A DNA stretch of 64,000 nt from the NCBI RefSeq assembly GCF_006345805.1, contig NC_043002.1:38502001-38566000 (forward strand), written 5' to 3'. The notes below the pieces were generated by a model, which was not told the origin of the DNA, made no database searches, and worked only from the letters and a program-made list of their open reading frames with translations. Position numbers and translations under genes: made by a program. Source of the DNA: Octopus sinensis. Taxonomy: Eukaryota. Below, piece after piece: positions 38,762 through 51,334 of the stretch. How positions within the stretch are numbered: the stretch's first letter is position 1; the number at the start of each line of letters is the position of its first letter.

Positions 38762-39790
38762 AATCGACTATCTAATCGAGGGTTCTGAGTTCTCCTTCAA
38801 ACAGGGACAACGGTTTACAGTGAAAAGCAACTTCACATGTGCTTCGGAGAACCTAATATACTCACTAACCTGCTCCGGGTGTCAAGAGCAGTACATAGGC
38901 CAAACAAAAAATGGTTTGCGTAAACGAATGGCTCTGCACAGATCCCAGATAAAAATTCCCCAAAACAGAAAAATAGCTTTTAGCCAACACATAGATACTT
39001 GCGCCAACAAAAAAACACCAAACTTCAGAATTTTCCCCCTCTACCAATTTAGGGACGATACAACCTCGAGACAACGAATAAGTAAAGAAAATCTCTTTAT
39101 TATAAAATACAGGCCACTTCTTAACGGGTCTACGACAAACAATTAATATAGCTCAACTTAAGAATAAAAGAAATATATATACACACACAAATATTACATT
39201 CCATAGAATCCATTACTAATCGCCCCAAAACAGCTATATCTTCACCATTCATATTCTCCTTCTCTGTTTTGTTTCTTCTTCTCCCTCTTCTTCTCCTTCT
39301 TCATCATCATCGTTATCATCATCATCGTCGTCATCGTCATCACCACCATCATCATCGTCATCTTCTCCTTCTCCTTCTTCTTCTTCGTCATCATCATCGG
39401 CACCGTCATCTTCTTCTACTTCTTCTACTTCTCCACCTTCTACCCCCACTAATGTCTTAAAGTATAACGCCTACGCAGCGACTGCCGGTCGCCACTGACC
39501 GGCCCAGATTTTCCCACTCCCACCCCCTCAAGAACTCACAACGACCTCGAATACACAAGTGCAAACAAGGGAGTCAGAGAAAGGCAGAATGCCACATATA
39601 TCTGAACACTACTATGGAAGTATTCCTTTAAAAAAACCTTTCTTCTAATTTTTCTAATTTTTCAAAATTTAATTATTTAATCGTTACAGTTGAAAAGGTC
39701 TCAAAATGACCGAAACCGGTACTGAAAGATTCACTATAAAATCATCTTAGCATTTTCTATTTTTGACTTGTTTTTTCATATATATATATA
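38762..39790 (+). mobile_element. 5'-truncated PLE: intact GIY-YIG C-terminus, low-complexity 3' region and hammerhead-like terminal motif
   Basis: FTVKSNFTCASENLIYSLTCSGCQEQYIGQTKNGLRKRMALHRSQI...KENLFIIKYRPLLN (to 39146); (TCA/TCT)n at 39265-39435; TTGAAAA-ggtc tcaaaat gacc-GAAA-ccg-GTA at 39690-39721. Confidence 0.8.
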
Positions 39791-41950
39791 TATATATATA
39801 TGTAGGTGAATGAATTATTCTATGTTTATCGTCAGCATGTTTATTCTATGTTTATCGAGAGTAAATGAATTTTGTTAACATCTTCGTTCGACTCCATTCT
39901 TTTATTTATTCATATATATATATATATATATATACATACATACATACATATATTTATACATATGTGTGTATAGTGTATATTTATGTCTGTATTTGTTTTA
40001 CCCCACCCCACCGCATCTCCCTTGACAATCGGTGTTGATGTGTTTACGTCTCCGTGAACTAGCAGTTCGGCAAAGGAGACCGATAGAATAAATACTCAGC
40101 TTAAAAGAAGTCATCAGGTCGATTTTTTTTATACAAGCTGACACAGACTCGCATACATTCGGTAATCTAAACCTGAACGAGTTGGGCTCATTAGAAGCCA
40201 GCGAAACTTTCGCATGGGACCGAATCAAAGTGTTTTAAATAACAATACATGTAACTCCTACTGAATGAGTTGAGTGCCCTTTTCTTTTGTTCGTCTATTC
40301 ACTCCTATATATACAAATATATATATTTACCTGCATACCCATACACGCAAATATATGTCTAAATATATATGTATTTGTATAAATATATGTGTGTGTATGT
40401 ATATTAAATAATATGTATGCAAGTGCGTAGACAGATACATAATTAGGTAGATAGATGGACACATTAATAGAGAGGCGCTGATTGATTTGCAAAACACTAA
40501 TTCAATATATTAACAATATGAGACAAACGAAGAGCGGGAAGCGAAGAAACGGTTGCAAAAAGACTTCTAATAATGTATTATTTATACGACGAACACCAGA
40601 GAATCATTCTCTCCACACTCACAGTTCAGATAGCTGTATATTCTATAAAACTGTTCTTACTGTCAATGACTCTCAAGAGGGATAATCTGATATTTCTTGG
40701 GTCATATAGTCACAGCTTTTGCTTAACACGTAGTCACAAACAAATCATTCCATTTCCAATGCTGTTCACCAATTAGCGGTAGCCAACATTGCACTCCGCC
40801 GCCATTTCTTCGTCTGAGTGAGTACAGCTTATGGTCTTCATCTTTGTTCTCGGAGTTGTTATTGTTGTTATTTATAGTTGTTGATTCGTGTTGTTGTTGT
40901 TGTTGCTGCTGCTGTTGTTGTTGTTGTTGTTCTTATTTGTTATTTTCGTTCTTGTTTTTGTTGGAGTTGTTATTGTTTTTTGTGTGTCAGTTTGTTGCTT
41001 AATACGATCAATATTCGTACGTGTCTTGCTTATGTTCTCCAAGAAAGATTATTCTTATTCTGTGCAAGATTCTTCAAACCGGCATTTATTTACATCACAC
41101 AACGCTTCCCTCGCACCCACGAAGCATACTCACACGCGCACAAAAACACCTACACAGATACACACACACATACACACATACAGAAACGCACTAACACGTT
41201 CACATGCACACATGTCTTCCTTTCACCCGCTCCGCCAATGTATATCTATTAAAAATATGTATATATACAGGAATGTATATATATCAACATACACATATAT
41301 GTGTGTACATATAAATATGTATGTATACATTTATATATGTATATATATATGTAGATATTTATGTATATATATGTCTATATATATGTATGTATATATATGT
41401 AAGTAGCTATGTATGTATAAATATATGCTGTATTAGCTGTATATATATCAAAACACATACATATACATACATATACATATATATGTATGTATATCTATGT
41501 GTATACATAGATACATGTACATTTATACACCTGAATCTACATTATAGTAGATGAATCTTCAAACTGATTGGTCAAATATCCCATACACGCACCGAGAGTT
41601 ACACACTATCACGATCGTCATAACTTTACATATGTTTATATATGACCGGATACACAAACACATTCGTACGTATGCGCACATACAAAGGTATGTGTCTGTA
41701 TGTATTGTTGAATGTATGTAATATGTACATGTATGTACATATAAACAAATGATTATATGTATGATTGTATAGACAGACACAAACAGATACACTGACTTTC
41801 TCTCTCTCCTTCTCTCTCTCTCTCCTTCTTTCTCTCTCCTTCACTCTCTCTCCTTCACTCTCTCTCCTTCTCTCTCTCCCACTCTTTCACCTCTTCTCCC
41901 GCTCTCTGTCTGATTTTTTTCTCTCTCTCTCTTTCTTTCTTTCTTCCCGC

Positions 41951-41983
<33 letters not shown>

Positions 41984-41986
<3 letters not shown>

Positions 41987-42091
41987 TTGTTTTACCCTCA
42001 CGCACAAATTTAGCGAAAATCGAATATATTGTCCGTACATACACGTAAACATGCAAAGTGTCAGATTACTTTTCAAATTGATGATTGTTTG

Positions 42092-42143
<52 letters not shown>

Positions 42144-42249
42144 ATTTGTTTTACCCTCACGCACAATTTAGCGAAAATCGAATATATTGTCCGTACATAC
42201 ACGTAAACATGCAAAGTGTCAGATTACTTTTCAAATTGATGATTGTTTG

Positions 42250-42289
<40 letters not shown>

Positions 42290-42290
42290 C
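41984..42290 (+). repeat. Near-identical 159-bp tandem duplication bounded by (CT)n
   Basis: tatttgttttaccctcacgcac...gattgtttgattctctc occurs at 41984 and 42143, with a 1-nt difference outside the microsatellite. Confidence 0.9.
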
Positions 42291-42381
42291 CTCTCTGTCT
42301 CTGCCTCTCTGTCTTACTCCTCTCTGTCTCTGTCTCTCTCTCTCTCAATCCCCCTCTATCTCTATCTCTTTCTCTCTCTCA

Positions 42382-42421
<40 letters not shown>

Positions 42422-42688
42422 CTTCCACTCTCTCCGCTCAATCATACACACACACAAACACACAGACATACACACACAGACACAAAGAAGTCTACTCTCA
42501 CAATTCTTAGGTCTTCCTTTTCAGATCTCTCATACGATCACATACCCTTAATCAGATCAGAAAGGTAATCTTCAAATCAATGTTTACTCCGCATGCACAC
42601 ACAGATCCATACGTGCGCATAATTTTTTTATTCGATTGTTCTTTCTCCCTAACATACTCCCTTATTGTTTCCCACTCTCTCTCTTTCT

Positions 42689-42755
<67 letters not shown>

Positions 42756-45700
42756 GTATCATTTTTCTTTAATATTTAAAGATACAGGGGAAGCACACCT
42801 ACACATGTTTATACACATATACACGAATACACATGCACAGACATTGACCTCTTCTTTTCCTTCCCTCTTTTTGTCTCTCGCTCTATGAGTTTACCCTCAC
42901 TATCATATTCACAGAAATACCCCTACGCATGCTTATATACATGCGACATACAAAATATACGCATAAGCTCCCGTACAATGAATTTCATAATGAAAACACA
43001 GTCTTGCAATCCATGACTACATATGCACAAATACACATGAACCAACACAAAGACACACACACAACACACACACACACACACATACATGAAAGTACGCACA
43101 TACAGAGAACATACACAAACACACACATGGACACTTAGAATTACATATGGAGAGACAAACAAACGTACGTATCCATTCATAAACACACAAAACCCGCAAA
43201 ACCGACGCTCAAACACATACACTGAATATGTGTGTGTGTGTGCGTATATATATATGTATGTATGTATGTATCTATGGGGATATGTGTATGTGTGTGTGTG
43301 TGTGTGTTTGTGTGTGTATGTGTATTCTCTGAATCACATATGGAGAGACTGTAATACGCGTGCATATTTTCGAAACACGGAGAAAAAAGACCCACACGTC
43401 AACACGCACACATACACAATCGCAAACAAATAAAAACGCACACACACATATACATACAGAAAATACACACAGAAATACAATGATTCAGATAATGATGTTA
43501 TCCTCTGACTTACACTGATAAACAAAAACAACGAAGCATACACTCTTCAAAAGGATTTTAATTAACACGAAACACGCAAACACATGCAAACACACACACA
43601 CATACATACTAGCACAAAAACACACATGAACACGTACACACATATGCACACGCTATCTCTTCCCTCATCACCCTCTGGCTCTTGGACTTCTCTCTTTCTG
43701 GCTCTCTGTTTATCCGTCTCCTTTTATCGCTGTCTACCTCACCCTGACTATTACTCTGTCTTCCTCAGTTTTATATATTTCATCTTTCACATATGTAAAC
43801 AGAGGATTGAGAACAGATAGGTTATCTATTTTCCCGTTCCTTTGTTACTGACACTTTATCAACCTTTCTCACTGTCTCCCAATTCCGACCCCAACCTCTC
43901 TCCTCTCTCCCCAAATCCCACCTCTCTTTTAACTCTTCACCTTTTCTCCATTCCTTCTCTCACTCTCTCTTTCCTTTTCCCTCTTCTACGTACACACTAA
44001 CATTCGCACATACAGACACATATATACAAGCCGACATACATACATATACATGATACGCACATATATATATACATAATTTCCTATTAGCTGTTTGTTTCTC
44101 TTGATCTCTCTCTCTCTCTCTCTCTTTCCCTGTCTCTCTCTTTCCCTGTCTCTCTCTTTCTCTCTCTATTCCCTCTTTTCTGATGCTCCTTTACTCCACA
44201 CGCCCACACATGCACACACATGCATACATACACATGTCTACAAGAACCATCATTTCCAACAAGTAACGCATCTCTCGCTATCTTTTCGTCTCTATCTCTC
44301 TTTTATTCTCTCTCTCTCTTCCTCTCTGACACCACTCACATACACACAATTGCTGTACCTTGCTTTATCTCTCTGTCCCGTTAGTCTCTCCTCTTTCACA
44401 TTACACCCACATATTCAAATGATCAGCTCTCAAACTAATAATACCTAAATCACGTGTACTCACTTCTCATACTGTGATAGATTTTATTTCTCCTATCTCT
44501 CTTTCTTCTTTCACACACGCGCACACACAAACACACACATACACACACACATATTATTCGTACATTAACAAGCACGGAAACAGAAGCCCTGATATACACA
44601 TATATACACACACATTTAAAGAAATCTGATTAAATGCAATCAAAGAATTGAAATGAAAATGGCATGTCTACAGAAAATTTAAATAACAGGACCCTACTCA
44701 GAAATATATTCAGTAATTAATCAAATTGGAAACCTGGGTCTCGCAATTGCTTTTCCAACATCCCAGCTTCTTCTTGTTGCCGCCGTTCGCCATTTTGTTA
44801 TTGTAGTTGATTTTCTTGATTTTGTTTCCGTCTTTACTGTTGTTACTGTTTTGTTGTTGTTATTCTTATTGTTGAACTTGTTGTGCAACCACGAGTAACC
44901 TAGATCGAGTACTTCTATGATCAAAATTATTCCAATCGTGACCGTCCATTTTTATTTTCCTACAACGAAAATCATCTTCTCTGTTTTTAAGAAAATAAGA
45001 CAGTAATTGCAACATTGTACGTGGTTAGAATTATCTGTCTTGAGAAGAAAAAGAAACAGTTATGCTCAATTTTTTTCTCTTGTATGATTAATAACGCATG
45101 AAATCAACAGCATTGCGTCGCAAAAGAAACAGTAAAAACGTCCGTAATTAGGCATGCACTGAGGAAGATATAGCTGCCATTTCTAGGAGGGTGAAAGAAA
45201 ATGCAGAAAAACATTTGTTAATGTGATTCCCCACTGACCAGTGGGAAAAGGCTTAGCCAAATAACGTGAGAAAAATGAAAACTGTCTGTGTCAATGTTTA
45301 TGTGTGTGTGTGAGTCTATGTGTATGTGTCTGTTTGTAAGTGTATGTACGTTCATATTGTTTTTATATTCTAGGGTGTACAAGCATATTTCATATTGTTT
45401 ATGTTGAATTCCAGGTTCGATTGAATAATTTAAGCCACCAGCATGACAGTTGAACCGTCAAGCACAGACAGAAGGAAACCTCTACATAGTCGTTTGATGT
45501 GCTAGAAATAACAACCAAATTACCTTAAAAATAAAAAAAATCTTGATAAATGTATGAACACAGGAAAAAGTATTACAGAAAAATATCCCAGATGAGAAAA
45601 AAATAATAACGCTATATCCTACATACTTAAATAAGCTTGTTTTAAGGTATTCAATGAGTTTTGATTTTTGTTTTCACACACGTGTAATGTCATTATACAA

Positions 45701-47651
45701 ATTGTGCTGCCATTGCGTACAAGTCATATATAAAGACTTTATTGAAATACTGGATTAAACATCGAAGATATTAAGACTGTCAGTTTCATCATCTAGCAGA
45801 TCACATGGATACTAATCCACTTTAATTTCATGAATATTGTGATAATACGAGAGACATCTATTGAAATAAATATTTTCTGTCATAATCCATTATGTACATG
45901 TCATGAAGCATTAGTTCATAATTGACGTAAAATATTACAAGCTTCAAATATTTTCATCGTATCACTGCTCATTCAGAACTAACTTTGGGCTAATTTCTTA
46001 GCTTGTTGTTGCTATTGCTCTTGTTCTCTGAACCCAAAACCGTCTTCATCGAGCAGAGTATGACTCCAACTGTAACTAAGCAGTGTTTTGCCTACGGATG
46101 TCACACAAGTCCTTCGCAAAGACATTAGTGTGATTTGAAGGAATTTGTCTGCTACTATATCTGATATTTTGATCAGCCATGCTTACCAATAAATTATAGC
46201 ACTTATGATGTTACTGCTAATTATTTCTTCAAATTCAGAATGATAAAAGTCAAAATGTATTGCTGGAAAATTTGGATTAAAAATTGAGCAACACAGACTA
46301 CAGTCTTTACCATGGGCTTGGACTCTCAACTCCTTAGGCTGCAACCTCATGTGGTGTTAGGATGCATAACGTGTGAATTGAATTCTTACGTATGAGGGGA
46401 CCCGTCCCGCTTTACCTTTGACCTGAACAGGTTTCTTCCTGAAAGAGAGGAGCCAACAAACAATTAGAAAGAATGAAAAGAATAGACATAAAAAAAGACA
46501 AGTACTTTATTTATTGATCCCGAAAGGATGGAAAGCAATGATGAACTTGTCAGTATTTGAACTCATATAGCAGGAAGCCAGAACCAATACTGCAACACAA
46601 TGTATCCCATGCTTAACTGACTTAGTGAATTCGCTACCAAAGCATCGTGTCATTAGTATCAGTTGGAAAGGGAAAATGCTAGTGGTGCTGGTAGGATGGA
46701 GGAATCCAGATAACAGCGAAATATATGCTTACATGTATTTCGTTACCCTCCCTGTATGTTCTGAATTCAACTCCTACTCAACTCAACTTTGACTTTCATC
46801 TATTCCAGGTTCGGTTAAATAAGTACTAATCAAGTACCGCAGTCGATTTAATTAACTGTTAACACTCCCAAAATGCTGACCTTGTGCTTTTGTTCTATGA
46901 GAAATAATTTTTACTAACTGCATCCTCCTACACCTAAGAAGTAATAATTAAATAAATAAATATATAAATAAATAAATAAAGTGTGCAACACATAATTAAT
47001 TATAGGAAGATTTCACATCAGTTAGCTATCTAATTAATTTCCACAACGTTTTTAACTAATTTTCGTTTAACTCTTTAAGCGAAGCATTAGCTACACACAT
47101 CGTTGTTTCTATCTACTCACTGCTTCTGTAAACAGGATAAATAACTGTAAAACCTGTGTGATCTGCTTTCAATACATTCTCTAATTTTTAGGAAGATGAA
47201 TGGATAGACAGAGAAAGAGACAGATCGATAGTAAGAAACACATTTAGAAGTGTGTGTATATAAATATGTGTGTGTGAGTACGTGCGTGTGTGTGTATATG
47301 TGTATATGTGTGAGTAATATGTGTGTATATGAATGTATGTATCTATATACATATATAACAAATGAAAGACAGAAGATGGAATATACGAGAATATCTTAGT
47401 TATCACAACAATTGTTTCGACACATCTAGCATCGGCAACTCTTATGGGACATACAAAAACTGGTTCAGGAGTATCCGGTGGTACAGACGTATCTCGACAG
47501 GTGATAAATAGATAAAAAAATCTCTTTAACATGACTGTTCCATGATGCAACTTTCCGTTTTGTAGAGAGAAAAACAGCCAGACAGAGGAAAATTCTTCAT
47601 ATATATAGAAGATAAAAAGTGAAATGAACACTTAATCCAGCGAGAAAAGTA

Positions 47652-47689
<38 letters not shown>

Positions 47690-47814
47690 GTTTGTATGTA
47701 TATGTTTGTATATATGTATATATGTATATGTTTGTATGTATATATGTATGCATATATGTATGTATGATTACAAATTTGGGACTTTACTATTCTCTAAGAT
47801 TTTATATATATATA

Positions 47815-48028
47815 GGCGCAATGGCCCAGTGGTTAGGGCAGCGGACTTGCGGTCGGAGGATCGCGGTTTCGATTCCCAGACCGGGCGTTGTGTGTGTTTA
47901 TTGAGCGAAAACACCTAAAAGCTCCACGAGGCTCCGGCAGGGGATGGTGGTGATCCCTGCTGTACTCTTTCACCACTCTAAAAAGGCGGTGCTCCAGCTT
48001 GGCCGCAGTCAAATGACTGAAACAAGTA
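47815..48028 (+). mobile_element. Chimeric SINE: family B head joined to family A tail
   Basis: ggcgcaatggcccagtgg...ctgtactctttcaccactc, then taaaaaggcggtgctccagc...gactgaaacaagt. Confidence 0.7.
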
Positions 48029-48129
48029 CAAAAAAAATATATATATATATATACATTCGACAAGGAGTAATTTTTGGTTCATAGGACTGCAAAAAAGAAC
48101 TGCTCAAATGTAAGTGAGACAGAGAAACC

Positions 48130-48980
48130 AAACATTGATCATAGAACAAACATCAAATTCGAGTCAACGACTTTACACCATACCTCCAAACAGTTGATCA
48201 TATATAAATATTACGCTGCTTGTTAAGCATATAAAGTATACATTTATAACAAACACGGAAGGTTAAAATATATATGCGAATAAGAATATAGATTTATAGA
48301 ACGACCTATCAAAAAGGTATATACATTTTACTAAAAAGTATAAAGCGTGTCATGCTACTAAAAATCTAAATAAAATAAAATATCAATTTTTTCTTACTCC
48401 CCTCAGAAAAGGGTATATCAAAAATGTTAATTGCATAAAAACCATGGTAGGTTTGGGTCCAGGAGCAAAACAAATTCCAGAAAACCAACTCAAACACACC
48501 TATGGCCATTTCGGGAGTTCGATTACAGTTAAAGTACATCTCGCCAATGACCCCCCTCTTCAGGATGAACAATTAACTCCCGAAATGGCCATAAGTGTGT
48601 TTGATTTGATTTTGTGGAACTCTTTTTGCTCCTGAACTCCAACTTAACATGGTTTTTATGAAATTAACCTTTTTGACGTACTCTGTTTTTGGAGGGGAGT
48701 AAGGAAAACTTTTTTAGTCGATTGATATTATATTTTATTCTATTTAGATTTTTAGTAGCATGACATGCTTTAGAATTTTTAGTCGATTGTATATACCTTT
48801 TTGATAAGCCGTTCTATATATCTGTATTTTTATTCGCATATACCTTCTGTGTTTTTTATACATGTATATTTTATATGTTTAAGAACCATGGTAATATTTA
48901 TATGTTCAAATATTTGGAGGTATGGTGTGATATATAAAGTCGTTGACTCGAATTTGATATTTGTATTATGATGAATGTTT
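48130..48980. mobile_element. Old long foldback element (about 390-bp arms)
   Basis: caaattcgagtcaacgacttta at left versus taaagtcgttgactcgaatttg at right; inner tatggccatttcgggagtt versus aactcccgaaatggccata. Confidence 0.8.
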
Positions 48981-49378
48981 CTTTATATATATACATAAAT
49001 GTATGTATGTATATCAACTATTAGAGATGCTTATAACTACGATATACACTTCGTAACAAACAGAAACGAATGTCTTTAGGAGAAGTTAACGAAACTCTTG
49101 CAAAACTACGAAATAATTGGCTGTCAATATATCACAATTTCTATGTTTTCCTATATGAGCGATATTTCTGTCTAATTTTAATTCACAGACACAGATTCAT
49201 GACATCGACTACCTATAGAATGATTGTGTGGACTCAGCGAATCCACATATATGTATGTATGTGTGTGTGTGTTTGTATGTGCATGCATATGTATATGTAG
49301 ATATATATATATATTCAATATGTATATATATATATTATATATTGAACATTTATATCTATATATTTAATATATATTAAA

Positions 49379-49414
<36 letters not shown>

Positions 49415-49415
49415 T

Positions 49416-49453
<38 letters not shown>

Positions 49454-50338
49454 GAACATTTATATCTATATATTTAATATATATTAAAATATATATATAC
49501 ATATATATATATATATGTGTGTGTGTGTGCGCGTATGTATGTATGCACGCCTGTATATATGTATATTATAGAAGAAAAAGACAAAGAAACAGGCTTATAC
49601 CTTCTGTAATCCGCTTACGCGCGTTTCAGGTACGTTGGCATTTCAAGCTTCAGCGATGCAGTGATCATGCGTATTAACTGACTCCATATTTGATCAACTA
49701 TTATTCAACATTGATTGCGAAATTTAACACTTTCCTATCCTTATCAAAATGATACCGCATTACTTAGAAAGGAGAACATTTTAAAGAGAGATAGACGATA
49801 GTAAAACTATCAATATTTGACCAGTACAAGAGGAAATGAATTACATAACGGGTTAAGCCTGTTATCGAAAGACTTTTCATCCGAAAATTTCCCATTTCAT
49901 CTATTGTGAATATAAGGTGTTGAGCTTGAAATCTCTTCTCCTTTAAGATTTGATACCTTTGATATACAGGTTTTCTCTCTTTGAACTCGATATTTCAGAT
50001 CCATTAAATATGACCATAGGTTGCTCAATATTACTATACTTTCTTGAGCCATTACTACTATGATTACCACTATCATTATCGCTAACAAAGGCGTCGAGAT
50101 GGCAGAATCGTCAGCACGCCGGGCAAGATGTTTAGCGTCATTTCGTTCGTCTTTACGTTCTGCGTTCAAATTTCGCCAAGATCGACTTTGCCTTTCATCC
50201 TTACAGGCTCAATAAAATAAGTCCCAGTTGAGCACTCTGGCGTTATCGACTCAGTAAAATTTCTAGGTTTGTGCTTGTAGTAAAATAGATTATTATTATT
50301 GTCGTTATTATAACTACAATTACATTATTATTATTATT

Positions 50339-50896
50339 GAGTGAGAGAGCAGTTCATGCCATCAAAGTGACACTGGGGTAAAATATACAAAGCCCAATAT
50401 ACCCATCATGACTACCCGTCTGATAAAGGTACACCAGGCACATGCATCACAACCATATGTGCGCGACATGTTGATCTCATATCAAGATAAACAGCACATG
50501 ACCTTGCAGGTGGGGCCCAGTTAGAATTTTCTTCAGGTTGAGTAGCCCATCCCGCTCAAACGGTCCCTGAATAAGGGTTGTTTAAGGATGTTGAAAGAAC
50601 CACCTATGTTTCCAGAGGTGAACTATTCAAACCCCAAAGAATCCCTCTCAACACATGGCTATGATGCTCTCCCACTACTTCTGCTCGTGATCAGAGATGC
50701 ACATATCGTCAGCCACTAAGGGACATGCTCAACTGGTTAAGGTCAAACAACTGACAAGCAAATCTGTGGTATTGAGCAGAATATTTGCTGTAGCCCATCT
50801 TTTATACCAAGACAAAACAATGTACATGATAACACTTCCAATCAGTTAAGATCAGAAGCCATGAGAGCCACTGCCTGGTACTGCTTCAGGGCATTT
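50339..50896 (-). mobile_element. 5'-truncated LINE 3' UTR with (TAA)n tail, copy 1
   Basis: Bounded on both sides by (TTA)n; highly similar to 50943-51334. Confidence 0.7.
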
Positions 50897-50897
50897 A

Positions 50898-50942
<45 letters not shown>

Positions 50943-51334
50943 GAGTGAGCGAGCAGAGCATGCCATCGAAGTGACACTGGGGTAAAATATACGAAGCCCA
51001 GTATACCCATCATGACTACCCGTCTGATAAGGGTACATCAGGCACATGCATCACAACCATATGTGCGCGACATGGTGATCTCATATCAAGATAAACAGCA
51101 CATGACCTTGCAGGTGGAGCCCAGTTAGAATTTTCTTCAGATCGAGTAACCCATCCCGCTCAAAAGGTCCCTGAATAAGGCTTGTTTAAGGATGTTGAAC
51201 GAAACACCCATGTTTCCAGAGGTGAATTATTCAAACCCCAAAGAATCCTTCTCAACACATGGCTATGATGCTCCCCCACTACTTCTGCTCGTGATCAGAG
51301 ATGCACATATCGTCAGCCACTAAGGGACATGCTC
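50943..51334 (-). mobile_element. 5'-truncated LINE 3' UTR with (TAA)n tail, copy 2
   Basis: Same 3' end as copy 1, shorter 5' extent, also bounded by (TTA)n. Confidence 0.7.

Noticed and set aside
39249-39460. Acidic (D/E-rich) or His-rich ORFs
   Set aside because: Products of a (TCA/TCT)n trinucleotide tract in the PLE 3' region.
47362-47511. Possible host exon (two open frames, cag|gtgata donor)
   Set aside because: Only about 49 codons, no polypyrimidine acceptor and no recognisable peptide.
50339-51334. Regularly spaced repeats as a CRISPR-like array
   Set aside because: Eukaryotic context; these are long truncated LINE tails separated by microsatellite, with no repeat-spacer periodicity.
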